Source: the human T2T-CHM13v2.0 reference genome, Homo sapiens. From it: 64,000 bases of DNA. The notes beneath the pieces are model-generated. The model was not told the DNA's origin, did no database searches, and worked only from the letters and a program-made list of their open reading frames with translations. Of this stretch, positions 1-14,029 are shown in pieces. A program made the translations under genes and the position numbers. How positions within the stretch are numbered: the stretch's first letter is position 1; each line of letters starts with the position of its first letter. The stretch lies in the NCBI RefSeq assembly GCF_009914755.1, contig NC_060933.1; one strand, given 5' to 3'.

Positions 1-1956
1 AAGTAGATTAAGCAGTGTAATCAAAAGGGGAGATACTGTTAGATTGGATAAAAATATATGATCCAACTGTATGCTCTCTACAAGATATACTTTAGGTTTA
101 GAGATACAAATAGATTTAAAATAAAAGGATGGAAAAATATAATGCAAACAGCATTATAAGAAAGCTGGATTGGCTATTCTGATTTTAGACAAAATAGACT
201 TTAAAACAAAAAACTTTACTAGAGGTAATATATGAATAATGACATTTTGTAATGAGAAGGATTAGTCCATCACAGACATCTAACAATTACATATCTAATA
301 ACCAAGCACCAAAATGCATGAAGCAAAAACTGACAGAAATGAAGAGAAAATGGACAATTCAAGAATAATTGTTAGCCGGGCGTGGTGGCTGACTCCTGTA
401 ATCCCAGCAATTCAGGAGGCTGAGGCGGGTGGATTGCTTGAGCTCAGAAGTTCGAGACCAGACTGGGCAACATAGCAAGTCCCCGTCTCATTTAAAAAAA
501 AATTATTGAAGATTATAATATACTGCTTTCAATAATGAAGGGGACAACTAGGCCAATCAATAAGGAGATAGAAGCCTTAAATGACACTGTTGACCAACTA
601 GAGCTAACAGATCTCTGTAGAACACTCACCCCAACAATAGCAGAGTATTCATTCTTTTCAAGTGCACCCAAAGTATTAATCCAACCATAAGGGCAGGAAA
701 CTAGAAATCAGTAACAGAAGTAAAACTGAAAATTCACTACTACAGGGAAATTAAACAACATACTCCTAAATAAAAAGTCGAAGAAAAAAAAAGGAAGTTA
801 GAAAATACTTGAAATGAATGAAAATGCAGATACAATATACTAAGACTTATGGGATACAGCTTAAACAGTTCTAAGGGAAATTTATAGCTGTTAAGTGCCT
901 ATATTAAGAAAGAAGAAAGACCTAAACTTAATATCCTAACCTTCCACCTTAAGACCCTGGTAGAAAGGTACATTAAACCTAAAACAGTCAGAAGGAAGGA
1001 AAATAAAAGAAGAACAGAAATTAATGGAACAGAATAGAAAAGCAGTAGAGAAAAATCAGTGGAACCAAAAATTGATTCTTTGAAAATACCAACAAAATTG
1101 ACAAAACTTTAATTAGATTAACCACAGAAAAAGAAGACAATTTACTGGAATCATAAATGAAAGGGAATAATACTGCTGATAATACGTAGAATTATGAAGG
1201 AATACTAGAGTTGTGTGCCCATAAATAGGTAATTTAGATGAAATGGACAAATTTCTAGAGCGACACTAACAAAACTGATAAAATAGTCTGAACAGATCTA
1301 TAACAAAGAGATTGAATTAGTAATCAAAAAAGTACCCCAAAGAAACCCTGGACTCAGGTGGCTATACTGTTGAATTCTACCAGATACTTAAATAAGAATT
1401 AATATCTATTCTGCACAAACTCTTCTCTGGAATAGAAAAGTAGGGAATACTTCCCAACTTACTCTATGAGAACACCATTACCCTGATACCAAAATCAGAC
1501 AAAGACATCAAAGGGAAACTGCACACCAGTGTCTTTAATGCATATGGACACAAAAATCCTTGAAATACTAGCAAAGTGAATTCAGCTGGTATATAAATAT
1601 AAAAAAGATTACATACCATGATCAAGTGGGAGTTATTCCAGGAATGTAAGGTTAGTTTAACATCTGAAAATTATTAATGTAATACACCGTATCTATAGAA
1701 TAAAAAGCAAAACCCACATGATCATCTCAGTAGATGCAGAAAAAGCATTTGACGAAAATCTAACACCATTTCATGAAAAAAAGAAATGAGAAAACTCAAA
1801 CTAGAAATACAATGGAACATTTCAACCTGATAAAGGACATTTACAGAAAGCTCACAGGTAAAATCATACTTGATGGTGAGTGATTCTTCCCCCGCCTAAG
1901 TTTAAGAATAAGACAAGGAGGTCTACACTCACCACCGATCTTCAACATTGTGCTAG
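1..1956 (+). mobile_element. Old L1 (L1M-type) ORF2 endonuclease/RT fragment, decayed, interrupted by an Alu monomer
   Basis: A-rich; recognisable ORF2 segments (gattggataaaaa..gatccaactgtatgc, taccctgataccaaaatcagacaaagac, gatgcagaaaaagcatttgac). Confidence 0.9.
374..502 (+). mobile_element. Alu left monomer/FLAM
   Basis: agccgggcgtggtggct...A tail. Confidence 0.9.
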
Positions 1957-2260
1957 GGCCAGGTGCAGTGGCTCATGCTTGTAATCCCAGCACTTTGAGA
2001 GGCTGAAATGGGAGAGGATCACTTGAGCCCATGAGTTTGAGAACAGCCTGGGCAACATACAGAGACTCCATCTCTACAAGAAAAAAATTTTTTTTAATTA
2101 GCTGAATGTGGTGGCATGCTCTTGTAGTCCCAGTTATTTGGGGGCTGAGGTGGGAGGATCTTTTGAGCCAGAGAGGTCAAGGCTGCAGTGCGTTGTGATC
2201 ATAACCACTGCACCCCTACCTGGGCAACAGAGGGAGACCCTGTCTCTACTTAGAAAAAAA
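1957..2260 (+). mobile_element. AluJ-like
   Basis: dimeric Alu, gaggtcaaggctgcagtg J-type right arm. Confidence 0.9.
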
Positions 2261-2329
2261 GATTTCAAGAAAAGTGAAAAACAACAACAACAAAAATGCA
2301 ATGAAAGAATTTGTAAATGATAGTAGTTC

Positions 2330-3080
<751 letters not shown>

Positions 3081-3493
3081 AAGCTCCCTGGACAATTAGC
3101 GGGAAAGGGGCAAGAGTGGTAGCAAGGAGGGCAGGGGTAAATGTGCTCTGATTCAGAATATGTTTTGGTATTAATGTGAGTAAATTAGATATAGGGTATG
3201 AGGTAAAGAGAAGTAGATGATTCCTAGATTTTGGCCTGAGCTGTTTAGTCTAAATCTGAACTAAAAAGTAATGGCATTACCTCAGTAATGCCATTTACTG
3301 AGATGGGAAAGAGAAAGGTAAGTCCAGAATTGGGTCAGGAGAACATATTACATTTGAGTTGACTGTTAGCTGTCTCTTTGGAGATGTCAGGTAGGTAGTT
3401 TGATAGTTGGATATATGAGACAAATACTAAGGAGAGGTTGATTGTAGCTGCCATCAATAGTATTTACATGCTATTTAAAGCTATGAAATTATG

Positions 3494-3805
<312 letters not shown>

Positions 3806-3960
3806 TTAGATGAGACCACTCACAATGTGAGTGTAGATATTGAAGAGACAAGTGATAACAGTTGGTTCTTAGGGTACTTCAGTATTCAGAGATTGAGATG
3901 AAGAGAAATCAGCAGAAAAAACTGAGAAGAAAGAACTCTTGAGATATAAGAAAACCCGGG

Positions 3961-4320
3961 TGTATTACTTCGTTTTCACACTGCTGATAAAGACGCACCT
4001 GAGACTGGGAAGAAAAAGAGGTTTAATGGACTTACAGTTCCACACATCTGGGGAGGCCTCACAATCATGGCAGAAGGCAAGGAGGAGGAAGTCATGTCTT
4101 ACATGGATGGAAGCAGGCAAGAGAAGAGAGAGATTGTGCAGGAAAACTCTGTTTTAAAAACCATCAGATCTCGTGAGACTCACTATCATGAGAACAGCAT
4201 GGGAAAGACCTGCCTCCATGATTTAATTACCTCCCTCCAGGTTCCTCCCACAACACATGGGAATTGGGGGAGTTACAATTCAAAATGAGATTTGGGTGGG
4301 GACACAGCCAAACCGTATCA
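3961..4320 (-). mobile_element. THE1-type MaLR solo LTR
   Basis: tgtatta...ctgctgataaagac...gggtggggacacagccaaaccgtatca termini, 360 bp. Confidence 0.92.
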
Positions 4321-4997
4321 CTAGGAGAGCAGAATTCCTTGTAAGACAAGTGAGGAAGGTGTTTCAGGAAAGCAGTAGTGATCAGGTATGTCTGATTTGG
4401 CTAATAGATTGATTTAGATAATAAGTGAAAAGTAACAAGATGCAGGCCTTGGGGATCCTCAAGAATAATGGGTTTTTTTGGAGAGATTGGACTGTAGTAA
4501 GGTTAGTGTGGGTTCATTAGTAAATAGGAGATCAGAAAGAAGTGGAAATAAATATAGACAACTTTTTCAAGGACTTTTGCTATAAAATGAGGGCAGAAAA
4601 ATTGAGTGATAGCTGCCAGGGTTATGGATTTTATTGAATGATTGTAGGATATTTATATATTGGCAGGAATTATTTAGTAAAAAGGGTATGTTACTAGTAT
4701 GAAGAGAGAGCAGAATCTTTGATTAGGGAAAAGAGTCTCCTGTGCGTAAGTAGAACAGTTAGCCTAGGAACAGTTTCTAGAAATTAAGACAGCAGTAAAT
4801 ATGCAAGTAAATCCATCTTGTCTCCTTTTGGATTTCCTCCATTTGAAAATTTTCTTGTAAACTTTCAAAGTAGTTTGACTTACTCTTCCTGTTTCTACTT
4901 TGATTAGTCATTTATAGTACATGGGGGGAACCCTCAGGTATCTTCCGAAGAACAACTTTTTTTGCTGTCTCATATGTCTTTTTTTTCCTGAAAAAAA

Positions 4998-5278
4998 TTT
5001 TTTTTTTTTTAGACAAGAGTTTCACTCTTGTTGCCCAGGCTGGAGTGCAGTGGCATGATCTCCATCTTCCGGGTTCAAGTGATTCTCCTGCCTCAGCCTC
5101 CTGAGTAGCTGGGATCACAAGCACACACCACCACACTTGGCCAATTTTTTGTATTTTTAGTAGAGATGGGGTTTTACCATGTTGGCTAGGCTGATCTCGA
5201 ACTCCTGACCTCAGGTGATCTACCCGCCTCGGCTTCCCAAAGTGCTGGCATTACAGGTGTGAGCCACCATGCCCTGCC
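4998..5278 (-). mobile_element. AluS-like with small internal deletion
   Basis: antisense Alu. Confidence 0.9.
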
Positions 5279-5471
5279 TTTTTTCTTAATGTTTAATTTT
5301 TGTGGGTACATAGTAGGTGTATATATTTATGCGTTAATGTGTATATATGCATTACATGAGACATGAGACATTTTCGTACAGGTGTGCAATGAGTAAAATT
5401 ACATCAGTGTAAATAGGGTATCCATTACCTTAAGCATTTATTCTTTGTGTTACAAACAATTCAATTCTACC

Positions 5472-5772
5472 TTTTTTTTTTTTTTTTTTTTTGAGGTGGA
5501 GTCTGGCTCTGTTGCCCAGGCTGCAGTGCAGTGGTGCAATCTCAGCTCACTGCAACCTCCACTTACTGATTTCAAATGATTCTCATACCTCAGCCTCCTG
5601 AGTAGTTGGGACAGTAGGCGTGCACCACTATGCCCGGCTAATTTTCATATTTTTAGTAGAGATGGGGTTTTACCAGGTTGGTCAGGCTGGTACTGAATTC
5701 GTGGCCTCAAGTAATCTGCCTGCCTTGGCCTCTCAAACTGCTAGGATTACAGGCATGAGAAACTGTGTGTGG
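5472..5772 (-). mobile_element. Alu
   Basis: poly-T followed by antisense Alu body. Confidence 0.9.
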
Positions 5773-5840
5773 CACAGTTACACTCTTAGTTATTTTTAAA
5801 TGTTCAATTAAATCATTTTTTACCAGCACAGTTATACTCT

Positions 5841-6165
5841 TTTACTTTTATTTTTTATTTTACTTTATTATTGTTACTATTTTTGAGACAGAGTCTTGCT
5901 CTGTCACCCAGGCTGGAGTAAAGTGGCAGGATCTGGGCTTACCACAACCTCTGCCTCCCAGGTTCAAGTGATTCTCCTGCCTCAGCCTCCTGAGTAGCTG
6001 GGATTACAGGTGTGTGCCACCACACCTGGCTAATTTTTGTATTCTTAGTAGAGACGGGGTTTTGCCATGTAGGCCAGGCTGGTCTCGAACTCCTGACCTC
6101 AGATGATCCACCTGCCTTGGCCTCCCAGAGTGCTAGGATTACAGGTGTGAGCCACCGCCCCCAGC
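5841..6165 (-). mobile_element. AluS-like
   Basis: antisense Alu with degenerate tail. Confidence 0.9.
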
Positions 6166-6287
6166 TAGTTATTTTTAAATGTACAATTAAACCATTTTTA
6201 CTGTAGTCACCCTATTGTGCTAGCAAATACTAGGTCTTATTCTTTCTAACTATGATTTGTCATCTTTACCAGAAAGAAATACCCGTA

Positions 6288-6629
6288 TAGTCATGCACTG
6301 CATGACAGCATTTCAGTCCACAACCAACTGCATGTATGAAGGTGGTCCCAAAAGATTATAATACCATATTTTTATTGTACCTTTTCTGTGTTTAGATATG
6401 TTTAATACATGCATACTTACCATTGTGTTAGAATTGCCTACAGTATTCAGTATAGTAACATGCATACAGGTTTGTAGCCTAGGAGTAACAGGCTATACCA
6501 TACAGCCTAGTTGTATAGTGGGCTATGCTTCCTGGGTTTATGTAAGTACACTCTATGATGTTCATACAACAGAACTGCCCAACAGGCATTTCTCAGAATG
6601 TATCCCTGTTGTTAAGTGATGCATGATTG
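6288..6629 (+). mobile_element. Tigger3a/MER7A-like DNA transposon MITE
   Basis: TIRs tagtcatgcactgcatgac / gttaagtgatgcatgattg; internal ggtggtccca..agattataatacc. Confidence 0.85.
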
Positions 6630-6987
6630 TGTTTTGTAGACAAGGAAATTGAGGAACATGTTCTCCAAATTTAAAATATTTCCTCTGTGTGTTTTAATTT
6701 CAGTACATTTGTATATTATGTAAGGTTATTATGTATAGAACTGGAATTGAGGAATTATTCAAATTGTTAAATCTTTAAGGTCTGTCATCAGAGGAAGGTA
6801 TAATAGTGTTACTGGAGATATCTTGCGCAGTGGTCCTCTCCTTTTTGAAACCTTGTATCGTTTCTCAGCCCCTAGTAGAATGACTAACAAAATGACTTAA
6901 AAAAAAAAAGATTTGTAGAGCATCTTATCTATCTTCCTAACACATTTTTTTTGCCATTTCAATGTGGTATAATATGGAATTTAAAAC

Positions 6988-7121
6988 ATTTTATTTTATT
7001 TTGTAGAGGCAAGGTCTTCATATGTTGCCCAGATTAGTCTCAAACTCCTGGCCTCAAATGATCCTCCCACACTGACCTCCTAAAGTGTTGGGATTACAGT
7101 TGTGAGCCACCACGCCTGGCC
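6988..7121 (-). mobile_element. Alu left monomer/FLAM
   Basis: antisense monomer. Confidence 0.85.
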
Positions 7122-7154
7122 AACATGACATTTAATAAATTCCAAGGCTCTCGA

Positions 7155-7471
7155 GTTTTGTTTGTTTGTTGAGACAGAGTTTTGCTCTGTTGCCCAGGCT
7201 GGAGTGGAGTGGCATGGCACAATCTCTGTTCATTACAACCTCAACCTCCTGGGTTCAGATGACTTGTGCCTTAGTCTCCTGAATAGCTGAAATTACAGTC
7301 ATGTGCCAGTGTGCCACCATATCCGGCTAATTTTTTTTTTTTTTTTTCTTAGTAGAGATGGGGTTTTGCCATGTTGGCCAGGCTGGTCTTGAACTCTTGG
7401 CCTCAAGTGGTCCACCTGCCTCAGCCTCCCATTGTGCTAGGATTACAGGTATGAGCCACTATACCAGGTCC
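7155..7471 (-). mobile_element. Alu (J/old S)
   Basis: antisense dimer. Confidence 0.9.
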
Positions 7472-7542
7472 TGGAATTTTTCTTTGTTTCTGTTTTAATG
7501 CTAACATTTATGCTTGGGACATAAACATAAAAGTGGAACCAT

Positions 7543-7709
7543 GAGTTGGGTGTGATAGTGTGTACCTGTAGTTCCAGCTGCTTAGGAGGCTGATGCAGGA
7601 GGATTGCTCAAAGCCAGGACTTCAAGGCTGCAGTGCTCTATAAGCATGCCTGTGAATAGCCACTGCAGTTCAGCCTGGGCAACATAGTGATACCCTGTCT
7701 TAAAAAAGA
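7543..7709 (+). mobile_element. FAM (fossil Alu monomer, 7SL-derived)
   Basis: monomer retaining the 7SL segment gcctgtgaatagccactgca that dimeric Alus lack. Confidence 0.8.
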
Positions 7710-7711
7710 AA

Positions 7712-7937
7712 TGTTTTTTTAAACTTTTATTTTAGATTCAGGGGGTACATGTACAGGTTTGTTACAAATGTATATTACATGATTCTGAGGTTTGGGGTAC
7801 AATTACACCCAGGTAGTAAGCACAGTACCCAATAGATAGTTTTTTCAACCCTTATCCCTCTGTCTCCTTCCCTTCCTACCCTCTGTTGCAGTCCTCAGTG
7901 TCCATTGTTCCCATCTTTATGTCCATGTGTACCCAAT
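7712..7937 (-). mobile_element. L1PA/PB 3' end
   Basis: ttttattttagattcagggggtacatgtacaggtttgttac. Confidence 0.88.
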
Positions 7938-8049
7938 GGAAAACATATTTTAAAAGTCTGTCACTATTCCACCCCAAAACTCCAAAAGTCCCAGTTGAGT
8001 GTCTTGTTGAAAGGTCATTTGACAGCTAGTAACTATCACAGGATAGGAA

Positions 8050-9270
8050 TTCCCATTTTTGAAAATATGATAACCTACACAGCCTAAGAAGTTTCCATTA
8101 TAAAATAATTAGGAAAGCTGGCTGAAATGTAACAAACAGCTTTTTAATTGCCTAGCTGTATTTACAAGAAAGTAATGACAGTCTTCAAGGAACAAAAACA
8201 AAGAGGGTACTGAAAGCTGGAACTATACATATGGGCTGACATTTGGTCTGCACTGAGGAATTTTCTATTCTTTATAACCAAAGTGCTTGGATTTTGATAA
8301 CTACGTTGGGCAAGAGGTAAGGCCTTGGGTTTAGAGAGAGAGGTGTTGGAGCTGAGATCTCCTCAGAAAGTGTACTCAGGGGCTACTTCCTAACTTGAAA
8401 GGATAGGGTAAAAATTCTACCTGTACTTCACAGGAAAGAACATAAGGAAACTTACATTTCTTAGCTTGGACACTAATTTGGAGGAGGGTCTTGCTGGGAA
8501 TTTATTCCCACAGGCTTGCCTTCATGTATGTTTAGAGTTTGAATTTACACTGCTTGTATGTTCCTTGATTGATAATACTCCAGGCACCTTACAGAAGCAA
8601 TTGCAGAACTACTCTGGAAGAACATACTTGCCACTCAGGCTACATGGTATTTCCCCAGATAACCCTCTTAAAGCAGAGCACACAATCCAAAATTTACAAA
8701 TATATACAAAGAATTATTTATTATGAGCAAGTTAGCAAACCCCAGCAGAACTGAATCCCACTGGAACTTGGGCATTAGAATTATTAGGTATAACCTTAAG
8801 GGAAATATGATTAAAATCATTAAAGACTTAAAGCAAAATTAGAAAACATTTAAAAAGAACAAAATATCAAAAAATGTAAAAATTAAGCCAACTAAAACTG
8901 GAATTCTGCAATTAAATTTAGAGCCAGTGAAATTAAAAGTGCAGCAGATATGTTAAACAGCAAATTACACATGGCTGAAGAGAGAATCAAATACCTGGAA
9001 AATGGATCTGAAGAAATTATCCAGAAGATAGCATTGAAAGATATGAAAGACCACTTAAGAGACATGAAAATTAAGATGAGAAGGACCAACCATCTTAAGT
9101 GTTCTATAATAAGAGAATGGTGAAGATGGAAGAAAATACTTGAAGAGATAATAGTTGAATATTTTCCAGAAGTGATAAACGATATAAATCATTGGCTTCA
9201 AAGAACACAGTAAGTCCCAAGTGGAATGATAGTAGAACTGGAGAACATCATAGCCAGAGAGAAAATAATA
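8050..9270 (+). mobile_element. Old L1M 5'/ORF1 region remnant
   Basis: aaacagcaaattacacatggctgaagagagaatc..atctgaagaaattatccagaa is ORF1-like. Confidence 0.65.
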
Positions 9271-9371
9271 CAAGGCTGAATGAGAATAGAGATGAAGTGG
9301 ACTTGGTGCCTGTATTTAAGATGCTTATAGCTTAGGGCAGATGACAATTAAAAATCTTGTTACATTTTTTT

Positions 9372-9930
9372 CTGTTAGTCTTTCCTTTGTAACAGATTAC
9401 CTCTGCCCATTGTAGTGGCACATGTCTGTAATCCCAGCACTTTGGGAGGCTGAGGCAGGAGGATCACTGGAGCCCAGGAGTTCAAGACCAGCCTGGGCAA
9501 CAACAGTGCGACCCTGTCTCTTTAAAAAATAAAAATAAAAATGGTAAGAAAAAAACTCCAAATTACCTCGATACTCAGTGGATTAAAACTATTTCTCTTG
9601 ATTTTGTGGATTGACTGGTTGGTTTTTGCCAATCTTGCGCTCATACAGCTTCATCTGGTGGGTCGGGTGGGGACTGGACTTGAGTAGGATGGCTGGGTCT
9701 CCTTCCATGTAGTCGCTCGTCTTAGGCTTCTTCACAGCATGGTAGTCTTAGGACAGGAGTAGCAGCTGTAAGGCCCTTGGGGCTGTGGGTTAGAAATTAT
9801 ACCACGTGGATTCTCGTGTTCAAAGCAAGTCACAAGTCCAGTTCTTATTCAAAGTTTTGGGTAAATAGGCTATATCTCTTGATTGGAGGTGCTGTAGAGA
9901 TTCTCTGGCCGTATTTAATTTTCAACATCA
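9372..9930 (-). mobile_element. MLT1 MaLR LTR with inserted FLAM (9405-9555, +)
   Basis: tgtaacagattacc..actcagtggattaaaac..caaagcaagtcacaag; FLAM TSD attacctc. Confidence 0.7.
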
Positions 9931-10109
9931 GTATAGTTAGATGAATGCTGTGGTGTAGATGAGCAAAGGGTGCTATAGAACAGAGGATGGAAACCTAATT
10001 CAGCTTGAGGGAAGGGTCAAGGAAGGCTTCTTGGAGTTGGTAATGCTTTACGTAAGCCCTTTAAATAAAAGTATTATGTGATGGTGTGGTTATAGAAAAC
10101 ATAAAGGTA

Positions 10110-10249
10110 TGGCCGGGCGTGATGGCTCACACCTGTAATCCCAGCACTTGGGGAGGCCAAAGTGGGAGGATTGGTTGAGCTCAGGAGTTGAGACCAGCCT
10201 AGGCAATATAGTGAGAGCCTATCTCTTTATATATTAAAAAAAAAAAAAA
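10110..10249 (+). mobile_element. FLAM/Alu left monomer
   Basis: monomer with A tail; TSD-like acata(a/g)aggtat. Confidence 0.88.
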
Positions 10250-10474
10250 ATACATAGAGGTATATTTCTTTTTTTTTTAACCTAGTCATCCATAAGCAGG
10301 TATTTTTCGTAATAAAATGTTTTGACAACTCATATCAAAATGTGAGAACTTTCCATAAAAGCAGAACATGTATTTTCTCCATCTGACTGACTATATGTTC
10401 CTCTCAGTTGGGAATCTTAGCTCTTACCCAAAGATACTCTATAAATACTGGTTGGGGATGCATTGATGAACTAG

Positions 10475-10792
<318 letters not shown>

Positions 10793-10974
10793 AGATCAGT
10801 TAATTTTTTAAACTCTTTAATCCTCATAGAGTTTTCTTCTTGAAAAATCTAATTGACATTATTTAGATGAAAGAAAATTGCCAAACTTTATTAAAATAGC
10901 AGATAACAAAAGTCACTCTGTCTCAGTAATGCCGAAACTAATCTTCTGACTTGGTTTCTGATACTGCTTTTTTA

Positions 10975-11331
<357 letters not shown>

Positions 11332-11766
11332 TCAGCAAAGTTACTGAACATGAGCTCAGTTTAATTAAGAGGGTTATAGTGGTGGTGGCAGTGGAGACAC
11401 ATCAGTAAATACGTCATCATGATACAATTCATCATGTACTAGAATCTAGGTATGAGCGAACTGTGTGAGAATGTAATTGTTGCCTAAAGAAGAAAAGAAA
11501 GGTTATGTGTAGTAGGTGATAGTTGAGAAAATATTAAGAGTGCCCTGTACAAACAAGTGAGCCTGTAACGTGGTAAGATCCAGAAGCTTGAAAGAACATG
11601 GAGTCAGGACTACTGTAGGTAGAAGAATTGATTGTATTTGCTTTTCTTTTCCTCCCAAGATGGAAATGGCTTTGTCTTTTTTTTTTTTTTTTTTTTTTTT
11701 AGTTATAATAATGTTTGCTTGATATAGAAAACCAGGCAGTAAGAGAAGTAACTAAAACCCAGCCAT

Positions 11767-11915
11767 GGCCATGTGCAGTGGCTCATGCCTGTAATCCCAA
11801 CACACTTTGGGAGGTGGAGGCAGGAGGATTGCCTGAGCCCAGGAGTTCTAGACCAGCCTAGGTAACATGATGGGACCCTGTCTCTATTTTTAAAATAAAA
11901 AAATTAAAATAAAAC
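11767..11915 (+). mobile_element. FLAM/Alu monomer
   Basis: TSD taaaaccca(g/t)ccat. Confidence 0.85.
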
Positions 11916-12939
11916 CCATCCATAATCCCATTACTTAGTGAAACAGTTGTAAATGTTTTGGGCCTGTCTTCAGTTGACTTTTCAGGATAAATTCACAAGC
12001 TGCTGTTCTTTCCCGTCCTCTTTTTATTTTAAAGTAATACTAGAAATTCTAATGATAACTTTATGTTGTTTGGTTCTTCCTTCATAGAGTAAGATAAAAA
12101 GACTGATAATCAGAACAGCCATGGTTTATAAAGTAAATCATAAAGAAATTTACTGATTTAACAAAGATCACAGAATGAGTGTGTAAGCAGGTTTGAGATT
12201 AGTAACTAAATCTTCAAATATCCAAATTGGACTTTTGGTTATTTCGTGTCATGTATTCTGACACAGCTAAGGTTATTTAGTGTTATAAGTAACATACATA
12301 CTTCTTAATTGCTCAGCTTTTACACTGAAGCTCAGCAATATTACTCAGTTTGAACCATTTTCATTTGTGTTTTTACTGCAGTAGGATTAAAATAGTGGAA
12401 ACTGTAGATCATCAGGAATTCGTCTTTAATTTTCTGATCATCTAGGGACTTCTCAAGCACAAAGTGTCCCTTCCTAAGCATGTTTTCTTGAGGGCCTAAA
12501 TACCCTTCAGAAAAGGATCCCAAACTGCCTGAAGTAGCTTTGTATAACTGGCAAATCAAGTGGGGCCAAGTTGGTATTGTTGCAGTGAAAGGAAACAAGG
12601 ACTATAAAATTAGAAGTAGAAAATTGAGACCAGGAAATGACTCTGGATTTTGCCTTTGGAACATTTTGTCCTTTGGTTCCATAAATGCAATTTTGCTCTC
12701 AAGGAAACAGACTTGTAGCCAATTCTACCGTATAAGATATTGCCCTTATTTGATATATTTAGAAAGGACAAATGTTATTCCAGTATGCTGCTTTTGTACA
12801 TGAATAGTAGGTGTGTTCTTAGAGTTTCTTTGGGCCACGAAAAGTAGAACTACTTGCTTTCTAAGTTTATTGTTTTCAAACCTCAACTCTAATAGGTGGA
12901 TCAGAGTTTCTTTAGAAAGAGCTGAGAGTGGGGTGGAGG

Positions 12940-13200
12940 AATACCAACACTTATTGGATGCTATTTGGCAGGTACTGTGGTGTGAGAGTTAAATGAGATA
13001 GTTCTGTAAAAACCACACGATACAGTGCCTGAAATATACGTAAGTGCCCAATAATGTTATCAAACCCTAATAACAATCCTGTGAGATAGATATTAACATC
13101 CTCATTTTAGAGATGAGACAGTTGGGGCTCCCAGACATTAATTTGCCCTCAGTTACAGAGTTAATGTCAGAGCAATGTCCCAAAGCCAGATATGTCTTAC
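12940..13200. mobile_element. MIR fragments
   Basis: aacaatcctgtgagatagatattaacatcctcattttagagatgaga core. Confidence 0.7.
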
Positions 13201-14029
13201 TTGGGAGTCCAAGTATGGCTACTAAGTTCAGTTGCATAGGCTTTGCACACTACAGTTCTAGTGAGAGCCATTCAGATAATCTGTGCTGTGAATGGGGTGC
13301 CTCTTGGAGTTGTGCCACAAAACAACTCTGGGCCCAGTTTTTTTTAGTACCACCCTGCTATGTAAGCAGAATTATGAATAAACAATTCATCATGCAGTCT
13401 CCATCCCTGCAAACGTTTATGTCATATGTTTACAGTAGCTGCTAAATGCTAAATTGGCCTTTTTATGTTTATTGTTTTCCTTAACAATTCAGGACTTTCC
13501 TAAAGAACTGTTCCTTTTAATGTAGAGTACATGGAAATAAACACAAATCTAAATGTAATTCTTAGTTGTACTATTCATAAATATTTGTTTTGCTTTTTTT
13601 GTCTTCATATTTGTGCTAAATTACATTAGAAGTCTTTGTTGGACTTCAAAATATATTGTTTGTGTTTTGCACTGGGCTCTTTGCAGTGTTCTTATTGTAA
13701 ATGTTAGCCCTTAATGACACTTGCTCAGAATAATGAAAACAGATGGTATTTGTTTTTGTTTTTGTATTTTAGTAGATAAAGCTAAAGTCATTCAGATTTC
13801 CTTTCTATAATTAAACCAAAATTTGTAGAATATTCAGTATCCAAGTAGGATAAAATCATACTGCTTTGGCTTCCATTCTTTGCATTTGTAACATTCAGTT
13901 CAGTAAATATGTATTTCAGGTGTATTTTGTCCCAGTCACTATCTGAAGCTTTGGGGATATAAAGATAATTTAACAAACAGTCTCTGCCCAGTCTGGTTCA
14001 AGGGACTCTCTAAACAAATATTTTCTAAA

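Larger units (their letters stand above)
5279..6260 (-). mobile_element. L1MA 3' end, split by two Alus
   Basis: tttgtgggtacatagtaggtgtatatatttatg...gtcaccctattgtgctagcaaatactaggtctt. Confidence 0.85.

Noticed and set aside
1-1956. Potentially active L1 ORF2
   Set aside because: Many stops and frameshifts; no ORF of 60 aa or more in the track
3939-4288. Overlapping 72/73-aa ORFs (and 51893-52238)
   Set aside because: They lie entirely in THE1/MST LTRs
13113-13445. 110-aa ORF
   Set aside because: Starts within a MIR; no homology recognised
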